Assembly: GCF_000150275.1 (NCBI RefSeq)
Contig: NW_002060947.1
Location: 5,371,229 to 5,435,228 of the forward strand
DNA: 64,000 nt
Direction of reading: 5' to 3'
From: Trichoplax adhaerens
Lineage: Eukaryota > Animalia > Placozoa
Shown here: piece after piece, positions 41,145 to 55,400 of the stretch
How the letters are laid out: every line of letters starts with the position of its first letter
How positions within the stretch are numbered: the stretch's first letter is position 1
Position numbers and translations under genes: made by a program
Notes under the pieces: generated by a model
Seen by the model: the letters and a program-made list of their open reading frames with translations, nothing else
Told to the model about the DNA's origin: nothing
Database searches by the model: none

Positions 41145-44100
41145 ATGGTAAGTTAAAACGGAGAAACTAATTCTAGTAGACGGAATCCACTCTAACTACT
41201 ATCTTAATCACGATTTAAGCATATTCTAAAATATTTAAAACGATTACGTTATAGCATAATTGATTTCACAACTCCTATTACTTTTGAAGTATCATGAAGC
41301 TCAGACTTTCAATTTTTGTACCTGTATTATCACTCTGTAGCCAATAAATAGAATTATATAAAAACAAAATAACTACCAGTAGAAATTAGTAAATTCTAAG
41401 TATAGAAGAATTGATAAATAGAAAATAATATTACAATTTTCATCTACTTTTATCTCGTAATAAAGAAATAATAAGCTGCCGAGTATTTGTTAGATTATTA
41501 GTATCAAAAGATTGCAGTTTTCGTAGTCATATCTTGCTACATTGAATTTTCCATTTTTCTACGCTAGATATTTTTTAGTTCAAAAGGGACATGCAAGCTC
41601 TAGTTTCCTTCTAGTTTGAGGAAAACACAGTTCTTAATCGATACTCTTATCATAACATTTAATTATGCACTTCTCAATAGTATAGAAAAGTAAAAGGTAC
41701 AATATTAGATTAAACAGAAATCAACTGCTGTCAGATACTTACACATAAGAAGATCTTTTACAGCAGGAAAGTTTACCTTGAGTTTAAATTTCAAAATTTC
41801 AGTTATATAACAAAAGTCATTCTCTAATTAATTATTAAGTCAGTAAATTTTTATAATTTGAATTTCACCATTACTTGGTGGTATCGGAGCAAGATTTAGG
41901 AGAGAAGCAAGGAAAGGCTAATTTAATTTAGCCATATTCACCTTTTATTTGTATATGGGTTATACTAGTTTGAACATATAGCCTAGAAAGATAGTTTATA
42001 GCTGAGGATTTGTCTTCTAATATAATTTCCTATGGATTTATTTAATAAAAGCGATACAAAAGTACAAATTCGAACACCTATTATCAAATTACCATGCCCC
42101 ATAAACTTTAACTTACTGTAATAAAGGTCATCCTACCAGGAGATAAATTAGCAAATTTTGCAGTCAATCACTATAGTTTATTCAGCTATATAGTTAATTA
42201 AATCGCAAATACGTCCACGTAGAAATTTATCTAGTAATTTCCATCCCTTGCGGACTAAGCGCTAACTTCAAAATAAAAATTTTAGCTATTAAGATACATT
42301 TATTTTATCGTTGGTGTAATAACATTTAAATTTATATTAATAATTATGTCTGCTTTAAAGCGTGACATATTTCTTGATCTATTCCTATTCCATCCTGTAA
42401 TTAAAATTACATTTATTAACTCATATACATACAACTTCGAAATGATTATTTAACTTGAGAAATTAGTGTTAAAGAATCCCTTCTTATTGCTGTCATATAT
42501 AGTATACGATGTATCGGTACATGTTGTATATGAATCCTGAGCGGTAAATTTATCGTTAGTCGTCAAATCAAACGAGGAATCTCACCATTAAAACTACTAT
42601 TTCCGCTATCCTTTTCCATGCACAATAGTCTTATAAGGAAAAATTAGAAGTACTAGCTTGCAATAAAAAAATTATTACATATTAAGTAAATTGATTTAAA
42701 TTGCATGATTTTTGGTCTGAATATTTCTTATACATCCAGTGATAATAAATCTGAATCAATTCAATAGCACTTACGTAATAATAGGAAGTAGGCCACTTTC
42801 TAATAGTAATTGATACAATATATCTCAAACTGCCTAAATATTTGAAAAATAGAGATATTCGTTGTAAAGCACAAGGTAGCACCGATAGGTAGTTTTCAAT
42901 TGCTACCGTAAAAGAATGATAAATTTCAGTTTAATTAAATAATTGAATACAGTCCTTATATAACTGTGTCGAGAAAATCATATTTCTTAACTATAATTAT
43001 TCAGATTTTCATATGCAACGTGCCATATCTTCATTCAGTTGGTTTATATTAGCCAATCGACAAGTACCATATTATATTCGTATTTGTGAGGTCCTTTTGC
43101 TTAGCTTGTCTATTTAGCAATACCCTTATTTCTAAAGACTTCAAGATGTACAATATTTGATGTAACCTAAATAAATTGAGGTTATTTTACCTAAAGTTTT
43201 CAATCATCAACACTTTATAATCAAACATTAAAATACTGACTACAAATCGTCACCATGTACCATTTACTATCGGTATAAATCATTACATTAATTTTTTAGA
43301 TTAGCAATTGCAAAATTGCTTCAAAAATTTGGAACTTTTACTTTAAAGATATTTACAATCTTTCAACCTTCGTACCTATTCCATAGATATCAAACAGCTA
43401 GCATCATTAATTAAGTCTTTATGATATTCAATTGGAATGGTTTTATCTCCAACTATTGCACTAGTAAGAATGACGAATGATAAGAAAACCTTAACATTAA
43501 AATTAATTAGTAGATAGGGCGAATTATTTTTCTTCATACAAAATGTCACTTTTACTCAATGTGATGCCTGACATCATGGAAATAATTAAGTTAAAGTGTT
43601 ATCCCGTTATTAACACTTTCATATCAGTCCTTTTTATTCTAGTAAACATGCAAAGGTTTGCACTGAGAGTAAAATTATGACATCCTTTTTATTATTTAAT
43701 ACGATCCTTTATGAGTTTTCAAATTCTTACACTCTTGATAACATACTTGAAATGTAAACTGAATAAAAAACAATGTATGATATGCTACTGTCTTTACCCT
43801 TTCTAGCGTAATATTTGAATTAAAATAGATAAAACTGTAATAAAATAATTGATTCTATTTCCATACACTTGATTGGATATATATTTATTAATGGATGAAT
43901 CTTTCTTTTTTCAACAGCATGGCTTAATTAATCATGCCTTATCATTACTTGTAAAACGTAATTTTGGTGATGAAGCTTGGGATTCAATCAGGTAATAAAT
44001 AACTGTACTTAAAACATTGCTTAAGCTGATTTGCGGTCATTTATATCTTCTTGTTTATGAATTTTGATTCTTATTATCTTCCCTATGACTAGAGAGAAGA

Positions 44101-47100
44101 TAGGAATGTCAAATAGCAGTTATTTTATACAACGTAAAGTCTACGCTGACGATGTTACGTTCGAATTGGTCAAGACTGCATCTGAAGTTTTAGGTTAAAC
44201 TTATTAAGCTTTGCTGTAAATTTAAATACATTAGTAGCTCGTAGCTTTAGTCTGTATTAGCCGTCACAATTTCTTTACACTAATCGGATTACTTACTAGC
44301 GACTGCACTTGTAAATAATAATTTATCTTGTGCGTTCTAAAAATTATAATTTATCGATATGAAGTTGTGAATACTATAAACGTTCTTCTATCTCTTTGCC
44401 CTTAGTCAAACAATTATTTTTATTAATTAATAAAATAAGCATCAGTAAGGAGGATGATAAAAATCTATTTTTTATATCAATTTAATACTTTCATGAAGTA
44501 TAGTATTCATCATTTCCATGTATGAGAAATTGCTATTATTGCATAAATTTTTACTAGGTTGGATAACGTTAAAAACTTAATTTACCCTTTAAATTTTCGT
44601 TAAAGCAGTAAAATGCAAATTTAATTAAACCTTCAAAATCAAAAGTATCTAAATTTGTAAAACATGAAAACTATTTGACAGGCTTACGTAGAACTACTCT
44701 ACTTTAGACTTGTTAAAGTACTATACTTACGCGCTATTCAGTACTATAAAAACAACTTTAAATGTACATTCTGATATAAAAATTGAAAACTTTATGGTTC
44801 ATCAGATGACGACTATCGGACTAAATCAGCTCTAGACTACCTAAATTATAGCTTCATCTACTGGTCGATAGATGACCTTGCACAGTAGCAGATGTGATTA
44901 ATAATTATAATTTATAACGGAAGATTTCATTCCACATTAGCAAAAGTTTGATATGTATGCAGTTTGAGTAATGTACAAATTAAAATCTATTTTAAAATAA
45001 TGATACTATCAAACCTTGCTTGTTTAATAACATAAAATTACTTTAATTGATATAAAAAGTGAAACGTCCTTACTTTAGTACAGTATACAAATTTAGTTGC
45101 TTGTATTTTGCTTGATTAGTACCATAATGCCATATAAAAATTGTTGGACTGAGAAAGTATTAATTCAATCTTTTCGATATCTGATTCCTCTTGGATATTC
45201 ACACTAACCATTTCACAATTACACGACATCGCAAGATTGAAGGATCAATAATCTCTTTAATAAATTTACATAATGAGCATAGATTTTATCGTATGGTACA
45301 AATTAAAATGTTTCTCTTTTCTTAATGACCAAATCATGGCGCAGGTATCCAAGTTAATGACTTACTGGAAACGTTTGGCCGATTTTTTGTTAGTTTTTGC
45401 GAAGAACTAGGATATAAAAGAATTCTTGAAGTAATGGGAAGTAATCTATTCGAATTTATCAACAATTTAGACAGTTTACACGATCATTTAGCCACAATCT
45501 ATTCAGGAATGAAGGCTCCATCATTCCGATGCAAATACAACAGCGATAATGATACCATAACACTTCATTACTACTCTACTCGACCCAACTTAGAATATAT
45601 TGTTGTAGGAATCATTAAAGAAGTTGCTGAAAAAATTCACTTAATTGATATTAACATGGAAGTAGTTAAAACAAGACAAAATCAATTAGACGATATCCAA
45701 TTTTTAATCTATTCCAAAAATCCAGCAAAAGCAAGAATCAAATGCCATGATCGATTGCGGCGGTCTATTGCTAGTAGCACCAGTAATGGTATTGCTGCCG
45801 ATAATACTTCTACAACATCGACTAAAGCTGTTAGCTCAACTACTATATCATCCATCCCTATCTATCAACAACGTCAAGGAAAGCAAACGAAGAATTCTGA
45901 GACATGCAATTTTATTGCGCCGACCACTTTTTGTCGAGCTTTTCCTTTTCATGTCTTATTCGATCGAGATTTATCTATACAACAGTTGGGCCATGTTATT
46001 GAACGAATGATACCAGGCTTTTATTTAGGAGACTTGAAAATGGATAAAATATTTAAAATTGTGAGACCAGTTATTCAATTCGACTTTCATTCTATTCTAT
46101 CTCATATTAATACCGTATTTGTTTTAACCATGAAGCCACTATGCCCAAGTTTTCTAGAGCAATATCTGCAATGGTCTGACGTACGATTTAAAGGCCAAAT
46201 GATATATTTAGAGGAAAATGAAATGATGCTCTTTCATTGTTCAGTTAGTATATCGAGCTTAGAAGAATTGCGAAGCCACGGGTTATATTTATGCGATATA
46301 CCACGTTATGATGCTAGCCGGAATGTTATTTTAAGATCTGACCATTTTCGCCATGATTATCAAATGATGTTGCAACTAGAAACATTAAATGATCGCTTAG
46401 CTGATACTTACCAGCAATTACAAAAGGAGAAAGATTTAACGGGGGAATTACTATATTCAGTCATGCCTCCTTCTGTAGCGAAACAGCTTCGACTTGGCCA
46501 CAAAGCTGTTCCAAGTAAACATAGTATGGCATCTGTAATGTTTTGTAAAGTGTCAACATTTCAAGATATAACAACAAATATTGAGCCAACGAAACTAATA
46601 GCGTTGCTGAATGATATATATATTACATTTGATCAGATTATTGATCGCCAAGGTGATGAATTCTATAAGGTAAATTAAAATTTTAGACTCGAATGCACTT
46701 AATGGTGTAGTTTTATATCGTTACAAGCTAAGTACCATTGAAAATAAGATCTTTGCTATATTCTCAGTCCATATAGGACTATAGATATTTCATAAACTAT
46801 GTTAATGGTCGAAAAATTTGTTATAATTGTACCACGATCAGGTAGAAACACTGGGCGATAAGTATATGGTAGCTAGTGGAATACCGCAATATCAATCAAC
46901 ACACGCTAAAAGTATAGTTAAAGTAGCTATTGAAATGATGAATACGTCGCAAAAGCGAGGAAATAAGAAGTTATCCACTATGGTAATTCTGATAAATGTT
47001 GTTATCTAAAGGCATAATGTTCATGAGAACGTTTGTAAATTTGCTAATTTTTTGTTCCTATAATTTGAAAATAATCTCTNNNNNNNNNNNNNNNNNNNNN

Positions 47101-48073
47101 NNNNNNNNNNNNNNNNNNNNNNNNNNNNNTTCAGATGTAGATGAAACTGCAGTTTATGGGATTAGAGACCTTTACTTCATACCTACAGCAATATACCTGA
47201 GTTGCCTTATTGACATGAACTACTACGACTATCACTTTTGATTACTGTACGCCAGAGTTTGGATTCTATTAATCTTAGTAGATGATATGAAAGAACAATG
47301 GTTGAAAATTTCATAGTAAATATAGCTACAATAGTCGCTATTTATCTTATTCAAGTATTGAGAGTGATTGAACCAGACTGCATCGTAAACTGTCACCAAA
47401 CTCGACAATTTATACAATCTGTTACCATATAATTTGATACTGAAATCAGTTTATAAGCCTTAAAGCTTATTAAGCAATAAACGATATTAGTAGACCATAG
47501 CGATTTTGTAGAAATAAATATCTAATTTTTAATTTCCTTGTCGAAAATATTTTATTAGTTGTCGATAGGTATCCATAGTGGTGAGATCGTAGCTGGAGTA
47601 ATAGGTGAAAAATTGCCTAGATTTAGCATATTTGGAGATACAGTGAACATTGCAAGTAGGACACTGACCACAGGAGTACCGGGTGTTATCAATATCACTG
47701 AAGATACTTTTAGGTAAATTTCTGTCGGAACTAACATTCTATGTAGACCTAATATTGTGCCATTCGATGTATAAATGTTTATTTTAGGAGTATTTTGGTT
47801 GATCTATAAACGATAACTTTTTTGTTTAATTTAAATAATGCCTAAATTCATATTTTTTATCATTCTAACACTCTGCAACGTCATATCTTCCAATGTAGGT
47901 GCCTAGATAGCCCTAAATACTTTGAAAATAAGTATTTATTATCATGCTTAGGCCCTGTAAATATGAAAGGGCGCTCTACTCCGTTAACTTGTTATATTGT
48001 ATCACATCAAGCTAAATCTCCAGCATCAACTGCTAATGGCCAAACAAATTCTTGCCCATCTACTATTAATTAG
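41145..48073 (+). CDS. GUCY1B: Soluble guanylate cyclase beta-type subunit, divergent paralog (gene 3); about 657 aa, 7 coding exons
   Basis: ATG|gtaagt 41145-41147 (tentative); 43918-43991 (HGLINHALSLLVKRNFGDEAWDSI); 44093-44193; 45345-46669 (NLDSLHDHLATIYSGMKAPSFRC, HYYSTR, FCRAFPFH); 46842-46982 (VETLGDKY); 47559-47713 (LSIGIHSG..LPRFSIFGDTVNIASR); 47899-48073 (CLDSP..GPVNMKGR). Total 1974 nt = 658 codons. An assembly gap lies inside one intron. Confidence 0.92.
47080..47129. other. Assembly gap (50 N) inside an intron of gene 3
   Basis: Run of N visible in the sequence. Confidence 0.99.
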
Positions 48074-50289
48074 CAACCCCTAGTATATATTTTGAAAAAA
48101 ATAAACAGATTTATTGATTATGTAAGATGATATACCCTATAATTCAATAATTTTACAATTTTTCTCTTATTTAGGCCAAATGCAAAATTAATAATTTAAC
48201 ACTTCCCTCATTTTTTCATATACTTTTACGTTATGTATTGCATTTCCTACTAAATTATTGCAGTAGTCATATAATACGAATATAGAAATGATTGCTACCC
48301 CTTGTATGAAGGATTGCTCTATGTAAATGCTGTAAAGAAGATACGAAAACTTTTTTTGACCACGACTAACATACCTGACTTAACTGGTTGAGTTCTATGC
48401 CAATTTGTATTTCTTAAAAGTACTGTACTGCATGTCGAACAACTCAATCTAATATCGTTATTCAGCATAAACATGCAGTATTGTAAGTGGTTGTTATAAA
48501 ATATCACATCAACTTCATTTGGATAATTTTTATAAATTGCTCATGCATAAAGTTCTGGTTGAATACAAAATTGAATACTCTTTACTTTAATTAAAATCAT
48601 CATTTGATCTAATTTCATGCGTGGCTACAGCTACTTTTATTTTTTATGTCATATACGTACAGACTTAATAGTTAATTATCATTATGTATTTAATAATTTG
48701 GCATCCTGTAGTATAATATTATATGCAATGTTTAGTCGTATATAATATTAGATACAGAAACTAGGGATGTTCTCCTACATTTTTGCCTGATTGAGTAATT
48801 ATCAGGACCCATGAACGGATCTCGACTTCAGTTTACTTAGTATACTGCTACAGCAAGATCTTGTAGCTTAGTATTGGTACACTAAGATCATTTTTAGGCA
48901 TTTCATTTAACAAATAAAAAACAGATTATCGAATTTTTGCGTTCCCATATTGAAATACTAAGGAAGGGAGTAATAAAAGATACTCATATCTAATTGGACA
49001 ATATTCAACTGATGCTTTCCTGCCTAATTTTAACTACCAACTAGGGTAAAAAAACGTCAAGTTGGTCTATCATAATAGATGAAGCATGACAAGCTAGCGA
49101 GTAATTGGTCCTGTTCTAGGTCCAATATAAGATACAGTATTACAGGTTTCAGTTTTGTTACCATTACTACTAAATCTGCTAAGAGTCCAAATAGTGATGC
49201 GCAATATGTCACCGAGCCAAACCGCAATAAGCCCGTAAACTGTATTCTAAGGATGGCTATCTATGTAAATAGGCATTTATCGTAGTCTGATGACTAATTT
49301 CCCATATTAATATTTTACGCTTTCAAATGGCTGGTATTTACTAAAGTCCTAACATGGTTGCCAAAAAGTTAATATCTCATTCCATATATTATGTTATTCT
49401 CATTTATATGTACCTGTTATGAAGCAATATTTACTTCCTTGAAATTGACGACAGTAATTTTACAGATTTCTATAGATAACTGCCTATTCTGATCAATAAT
49501 GGCAATTGATGTTGAAGCCGCGGTGGCACGCTATAAATTGTTCAACTTTTCAATTGCATTTTGTTTTGAATTCGACAACATAGTCTAAGTAGTTGCTCTG
49601 ACTTACTGAAATTTGAAGATGGTTAATACTTGAATGGAAATGCAATCGAATGCCAGGTAAGTAGGGTATCAAACTTATAGTCTTCATTTCTGTCTGTAAA
49701 CTATTACAAACATCAGTTTGTAAATACTACAGTACAAGCACGGTATTCCTAACATTTGAAAGTTTAAAGCTATCGATTGATGCTTATAACGTACCAGATG
49801 CAATGATGGCAGGATATTATGATAGTGAAAGTAAGGTTTGTAGATAGTCATTTATGTGATTGCTGTTTACAAAAATAAGAAATACAGGTTGATTCAATTT
49901 TTCTTGCTATCTCAGCTTAGTGATATGACTAGCTATTGCATAAATGGCCTGGTTGTAAGGTAGACTACTTGTATACATTGCATCTACGTTGAATGAAATG
50001 CTATTTCCTTTAGTCGCTGTACAGTAGTCTGGGCCATGTCAGTTTGCTAGAATGATTTAATGGCATGCCGCTGATAAAAGGATTAAAAGTATTGCTTCAA
50101 CTACGGTAGTCTAGACTATAGTCATGGCTTAATTAATTAATTATTAACTCAGAGATGAATGAAAGACAGCAGTTGTAAACTATATAACAAATTATTAGGA
50201 GCCAAACATGTAATCGATATAACGATCATATACGGCACGCTATGAATTTGAAAGTGACTTTACATATTTCATGACGCACGAAACCATCG

Positions 50290-51740
50290 AGAACTTCAGG
50301 ATTTTATCTCGATGTTCTATATATCAGTCTGCAAAGTTGCCGCAATGGAAGAATTCAATATAAATTTTGCGATTTCTGTCTTGGCCTGCTTCTAAAAGTA
50401 GTAAACATTTCATATTTATCCTATATTTACTATTATTAACATTGCTTATTTATGCAATCTTCTGCTGCAGAGGTTAAGTCAAGAAGCTTGCATGTTGTAA
50501 TGTATTCCTTCAGTCCGCTTCAGCCGATCTTGCTGATGCACATTACTACTATTTACAACGTTGCATGGCGCACTGTTTAGTATTACCGTGCTATATTCTG
50601 TATGGCTAACGCATTAACTGCAAAGTTGTCCAAATGGAAAAATTTAATATGAATTTTGTGACTTCTGTGTTGGCCTGATCCTAAAAGTCAAAACTTCTCA
50701 TCTTGAATCATTAATTATTAACCTTGATTATGTATATTATGTTCTACTGCAGAAGTCTATTGCAATGGGTTAGTTCGATTTGGTTAAACGATGATACTGA
50801 TGCGTTATGACTACTACTGTACTACGTTGCATGACGGCGCACAGTCTAGTACTTTAAAATCGTACTGTATGCTGTCTTTTCTACCTACAGAGAAATGTAC
50901 AGTATAAAAAAAAATATCTCAAAAACCGTTCAGATTAATCGGAATAAAACCTTCTAGGGAGAGGATTTTATCGCTATGATCAACACATCAGTTTGCAAAC
51001 TCAGTAAAATAGAAGAATTTGATATAATTGGGTGATTTCTGCGTTGGCCTAACTGTAAAAGTGACCAATATTTCATCTTGAATTATAAAATTACTCATTA
51101 TTAACGTTGCTTATGTATGTTATACTCTACTTCAGAAGTCGAATAGAGAAACTTGTCCATTGCAATGAGTTCGTTCAGTTTGCTTAGACGATCTTGCTGA
51201 TATACATGACAATACTGGACTACGTTGCATCAACTTGCATAGCGGTGCACCGTCTAGTGCTTTTAACATCATACACACCGTATGCTTTCTTTCCTACCTA
51301 CTGTACAGAGTAGTGGACAGTATAAACAAAACAGTCTAAAAAGCATTGAGATGAAAGGAGATGAAAAGTTGAAGGAGAGAATTTGATTTCGATGGTCAAC
51401 ACATCAGTTTGTCAAGTTGCTAAAATGGAAGAATTTAATATCAACTTTGTGATTTCTGTGTTGGTTTATGTGTTGGCCTACTTTTAAAAGTAATGAACAT
51501 TTCATATTGCATTATTCTAGTTATATTACTGACATTGCTTATGTATATTCTACTCTGCTGCCAAGGTCAAGTCGAGAAACTTGTCCATGTAAAATGTGTT
51601 TAGTCTAATTGGGCGATCTTGCTGCTCCACATGACTGCTACTGTACTACGTCGCATGTCGCCCAGTCGAGTAATACTGTATTATGCTTTCTTTTCTACCA
51701 ACATGGGAGCATACTCTAAAGTGGATAGTATAAACAAAAC
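50290..51740 (+). repeat. Tandem array, 4 diverged copies of about 330-420 bp, immediately upstream of gene 4
   Basis: Each unit contains aaatggaagaattt.atat, gatttctg.gttggcct, aaaagt, atttcat.tt, attaac.ttg.ttat and (g)ctgat...catgact..tact.tactacgttgcatg, with small variations. Confidence 0.92.
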
Positions 51741-52441
51741 AACGTAATTATAGTGCCTAGTCATAGTGGATGAGGTACGGATGGACGGTACGCACCGATG
51801 TCGAAACCATCTCCATATCACCTTATCTAATCACTACATAATTTTCTATACAACTAGACTAGACAGAGAGATAATAACATGTAGTATATATAATTGCATT
51901 CCAGCAATTCACATTGGTCGGGGCCGCCGTATCCAGCTAAAGCGACAAATAAGTAGTTTGAAACTAATTGAAGTGCAAACTGCAGACCAATCAAGCAGAA
52001 AAAAGTCGCCCTAGCACAAGAAGAAGCACTTTTTGACGTTCCAATTTGATAGAGGTAGAGTTTTGATGGGTTACTATCTCATCTTGTATTGACATGAGTT
52101 TGCCGGTTAGGTCATGCATAGTTATCAATGATAGCCTACGTTGATCGTGATCGAAGATCAAAGAATCATTACGAGCCTACCGTATAAAGGGATTATTGTG
52201 TGCTTTAACAGAAATATCTTCCTTTTCAAGTAGTACCGAAACTAAAATTATATCCAATTTACTTCAGTTATCTTAAGTAAGCTAGATCGTTAACTTCAAT
52301 GTATTAATTGATTTAGTGTCGAGATTTATCCAGATCAATTCAACTTTCCTGCGTGGTTGACGGTATCAAGAATTCCCATTTTTCAGAAGGCGGGACGGGA
52401 CCCACTAATCAAAACGTAGCAATTGCTGCCTCTTCTTCGTG

Positions 52442-55400
52442 ATGGTAAATGATCCTTGTAGAGCTAGTACAACTAATTTTTTTGCCTTTCTTGCTTGCTT
52501 TGTAGATAAGATTGATGCTAACTTAAAGCTATAACTTAAGCGGACTAGTAGAGACAGTAAAATGCTGCCTTTCATTTGACTAAAGAATGATAAAATATCT
52601 CTGCTGACGCTTTCAAGTTATAAAGTCATCACGAGTCAAGTGTATGCTTGTAACGGAGCACTTAACTTCTTGACAGTAGTGATCCTGTAGTGTACATTTT
52701 TTCTTTTTATCATACTCAAGAGATGATTTTCAATTTTTATTTCTGTCGTGAGAATCACTAGTTAGCAGAACTTTTAGCCTTATGATCAATCATCAATAGC
52801 ATGGAAAAGTAAGGGCTATTTGATGCACTTTTGTTATTCAATTATAGTACGGATTTATTAATTATGCACTGGAGTTACTGGTTGTCCGAAAATATGGACA
52901 AGAAACATGGAACGAAATCAAGTAAGTTCTCTTTCTATCGACACTTATATAGCATTATGAATAATTGTAATTTTAATCTTGCAAAATATATGCAAGGTCG
53001 TTATCATCTTGAATGTGCCATCTCATGTTTACTAGTTAGTCAATCAAGACACAACAAAATTATTTTGCTGTATACAGCATACCCTACTTGAGTTTGCCTA
53101 TGTTGACAGTGAGATGAAATTAAAGTGTTCTTGGAAAAATGACAAATCATTCAATCGCTTTACTAATTTGTCATCAAAAGCAGCTATGATACAATATTGG
53201 TTGATTCTGTGCATTCGGCTCTCTATAAAGTGTTAGTTATTTCATTTGCTACATACTTACGTTTGATCAATCCATTGCTATGCAGTGAAAGTTTAATAAG
53301 TTTTTGAACGTCGTTCAATATCCAAAAAACATGGCACAGCAATAAATTATTCACCTAAAATTACTCTAGTAATATCATAATCAATCCATCATCATTGCTA
53401 ATACTTTACATATCTGCCTTAAAGTTACGATATCAACAATTTTTCTCCGAAGCTCAATTTCGGATCGACGCTAGATCGCTAAGATGACTATACTTTTCGA
53501 ATTGTTATACGAGTGCAGCATAATGTAAAATAGACAATACTGTTATAATTTGCTTTTTTAATCTAATTTTACTATACTATTGTGCTTTAGCTTCAGAATT
53601 AATTTACTTGTCTTAGTGAAATTGTCTATTGGACCATTAAAATGATCTTTACCTAATCATCGATTCTTTTTTTATTATTATTTGTTAGGAAAAAGGCCGA
53701 AGTGGATATTGAAAAGCATTTTCTACTACGAATGATTTATGATGACCAAGTTACCTTCGATCTGGTTAATGTCGCTTGTGATGTTCTAGGTTAGCTTTCT
53801 ACAGATATAAACTATGAAGGGAAAATTAAATGCATATCTGATTGTTTTTTTCTGACAACGACGTTCAATTTTTTGTGGTTCAGGCAATTTTTTTCTTTTC
53901 TATCAGTTATTCGATGTTCATCAATACTTCTTAGTTTAATAATTAATTATTTTCCCTATTGAATAGAAAATATAGCTTACATTCAGCTGCATTTATTTGA
54001 GTTTTTGCCATTGCAAGTTTCTATTTTGTTATGGTATCTTTGACAGTCAATCAACATTATTGCTGAGAAATACCAACGCCGGCAGTAGTTGACTTGCTAA
54101 TTTGATATACAGTAGTTCTATAAGCTATAATATGTTGACTAAGTTGCATCGAACTAGCATACAAGACTTTATTCATAATACATCAAACAATCTTAGCATG
54201 TGAGTTAGTTGTAGAGGAAAATCATTTATAAATATCGATGTATTCTTATCGTTTTATTTCAGAAAATTGTATTCAAATATTCGTTCTTTTATTTATTCGG
54301 CATACAATATGCCAAAAGTTTAACATATTAACAAAAATAATTGATCCCACTATTCCAATTACGTTAGCTTTCATATTACCAGTAACTCTGAAAACATCTT
54401 TTCGAATCGCATTCAAAAGTGAAAAGAGATTCCAAGAGAGTATTTAAACCATTGATATTATCTTTTGACCACATTCAGTCTTTCAGCTACAATTTTCATC
54501 AACATCAGAGAAAGGCATACAATTAGCACAGGATACTGATATCAAAAGTTTAAAGAATAAACGGAAAGAATTTATTTTTTAAGTTATTTTACGTTTAGAT
54601 CACTGATTGCTTGGTAGCCGGCTGTCTTGACTTGATAAAAAAATTCTAACTACTGTATTACAATATAGACGATAAGCGTATTTGTTTTAAGTATATCTTT
54701 CCGCGGCTAATAATTCTAAATCGGATTATCAAACTTTACTCACCGTAATAATTATCAGACAAAACCTTGTAACCAACACTACAAATGCCGTTATTCAACG
54801 ATTGTCAAATAATAAGTTAGTTAAATATTAATTCTTGATAAGTGGAGTTTTTTGTTGAATACATCATCGTATATTTAGGCTGCGTAGGTATGCATGCAGT
54901 CCACTAGAGCAAGTAGTTAATGTTCGTAAATTCCAGGTTGATCTGACAGACATATTAATTAAAATTTAATGCTAGTCGGCAAGAACTATTCTATAAGCCT
55001 TGATATAAATGCCGCACAAGTTATCAAAGAAGCCGCAAGCATCATCTTGTTTTGTTCATTTATTAATAAACACTAGTGTACTTTTCGGGTATCGTTAAAA
55101 AGTTGTAATTTACACATCCACCCCTCTTATCCCAAATATTTCCTTTATTTTCTTATCACGAAAAGCTGGGCTAGTTATTATCATCTAGATGGTAACTTTA
55201 CATACACAAATATATGAGTACAATATATATTAACTTTTAATTGACCCTCCAATTCATTGATATTCATGCCAATTTTAAATGGCATAAGCTCAGCAATTAG
55301 AACATCCAATACCATTTCTAGCTTAGATTTTAAAGCCGACGAGATTCAGGCTAAATTAACAATGCTATTATGACGACAAAGGAAAGATCTTTGGGTAATT

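Noticed and set aside
46996-47241. ORF spanning the N run
   Set aside because: Artefact of the assembly gap within an intron.
49050-49660. Coding-like minus-strand stretch (VYGLIAVWLGDILRITIW; IACHRG)
   Set aside because: Stops in all frames and no coherent motif order; insufficient support.
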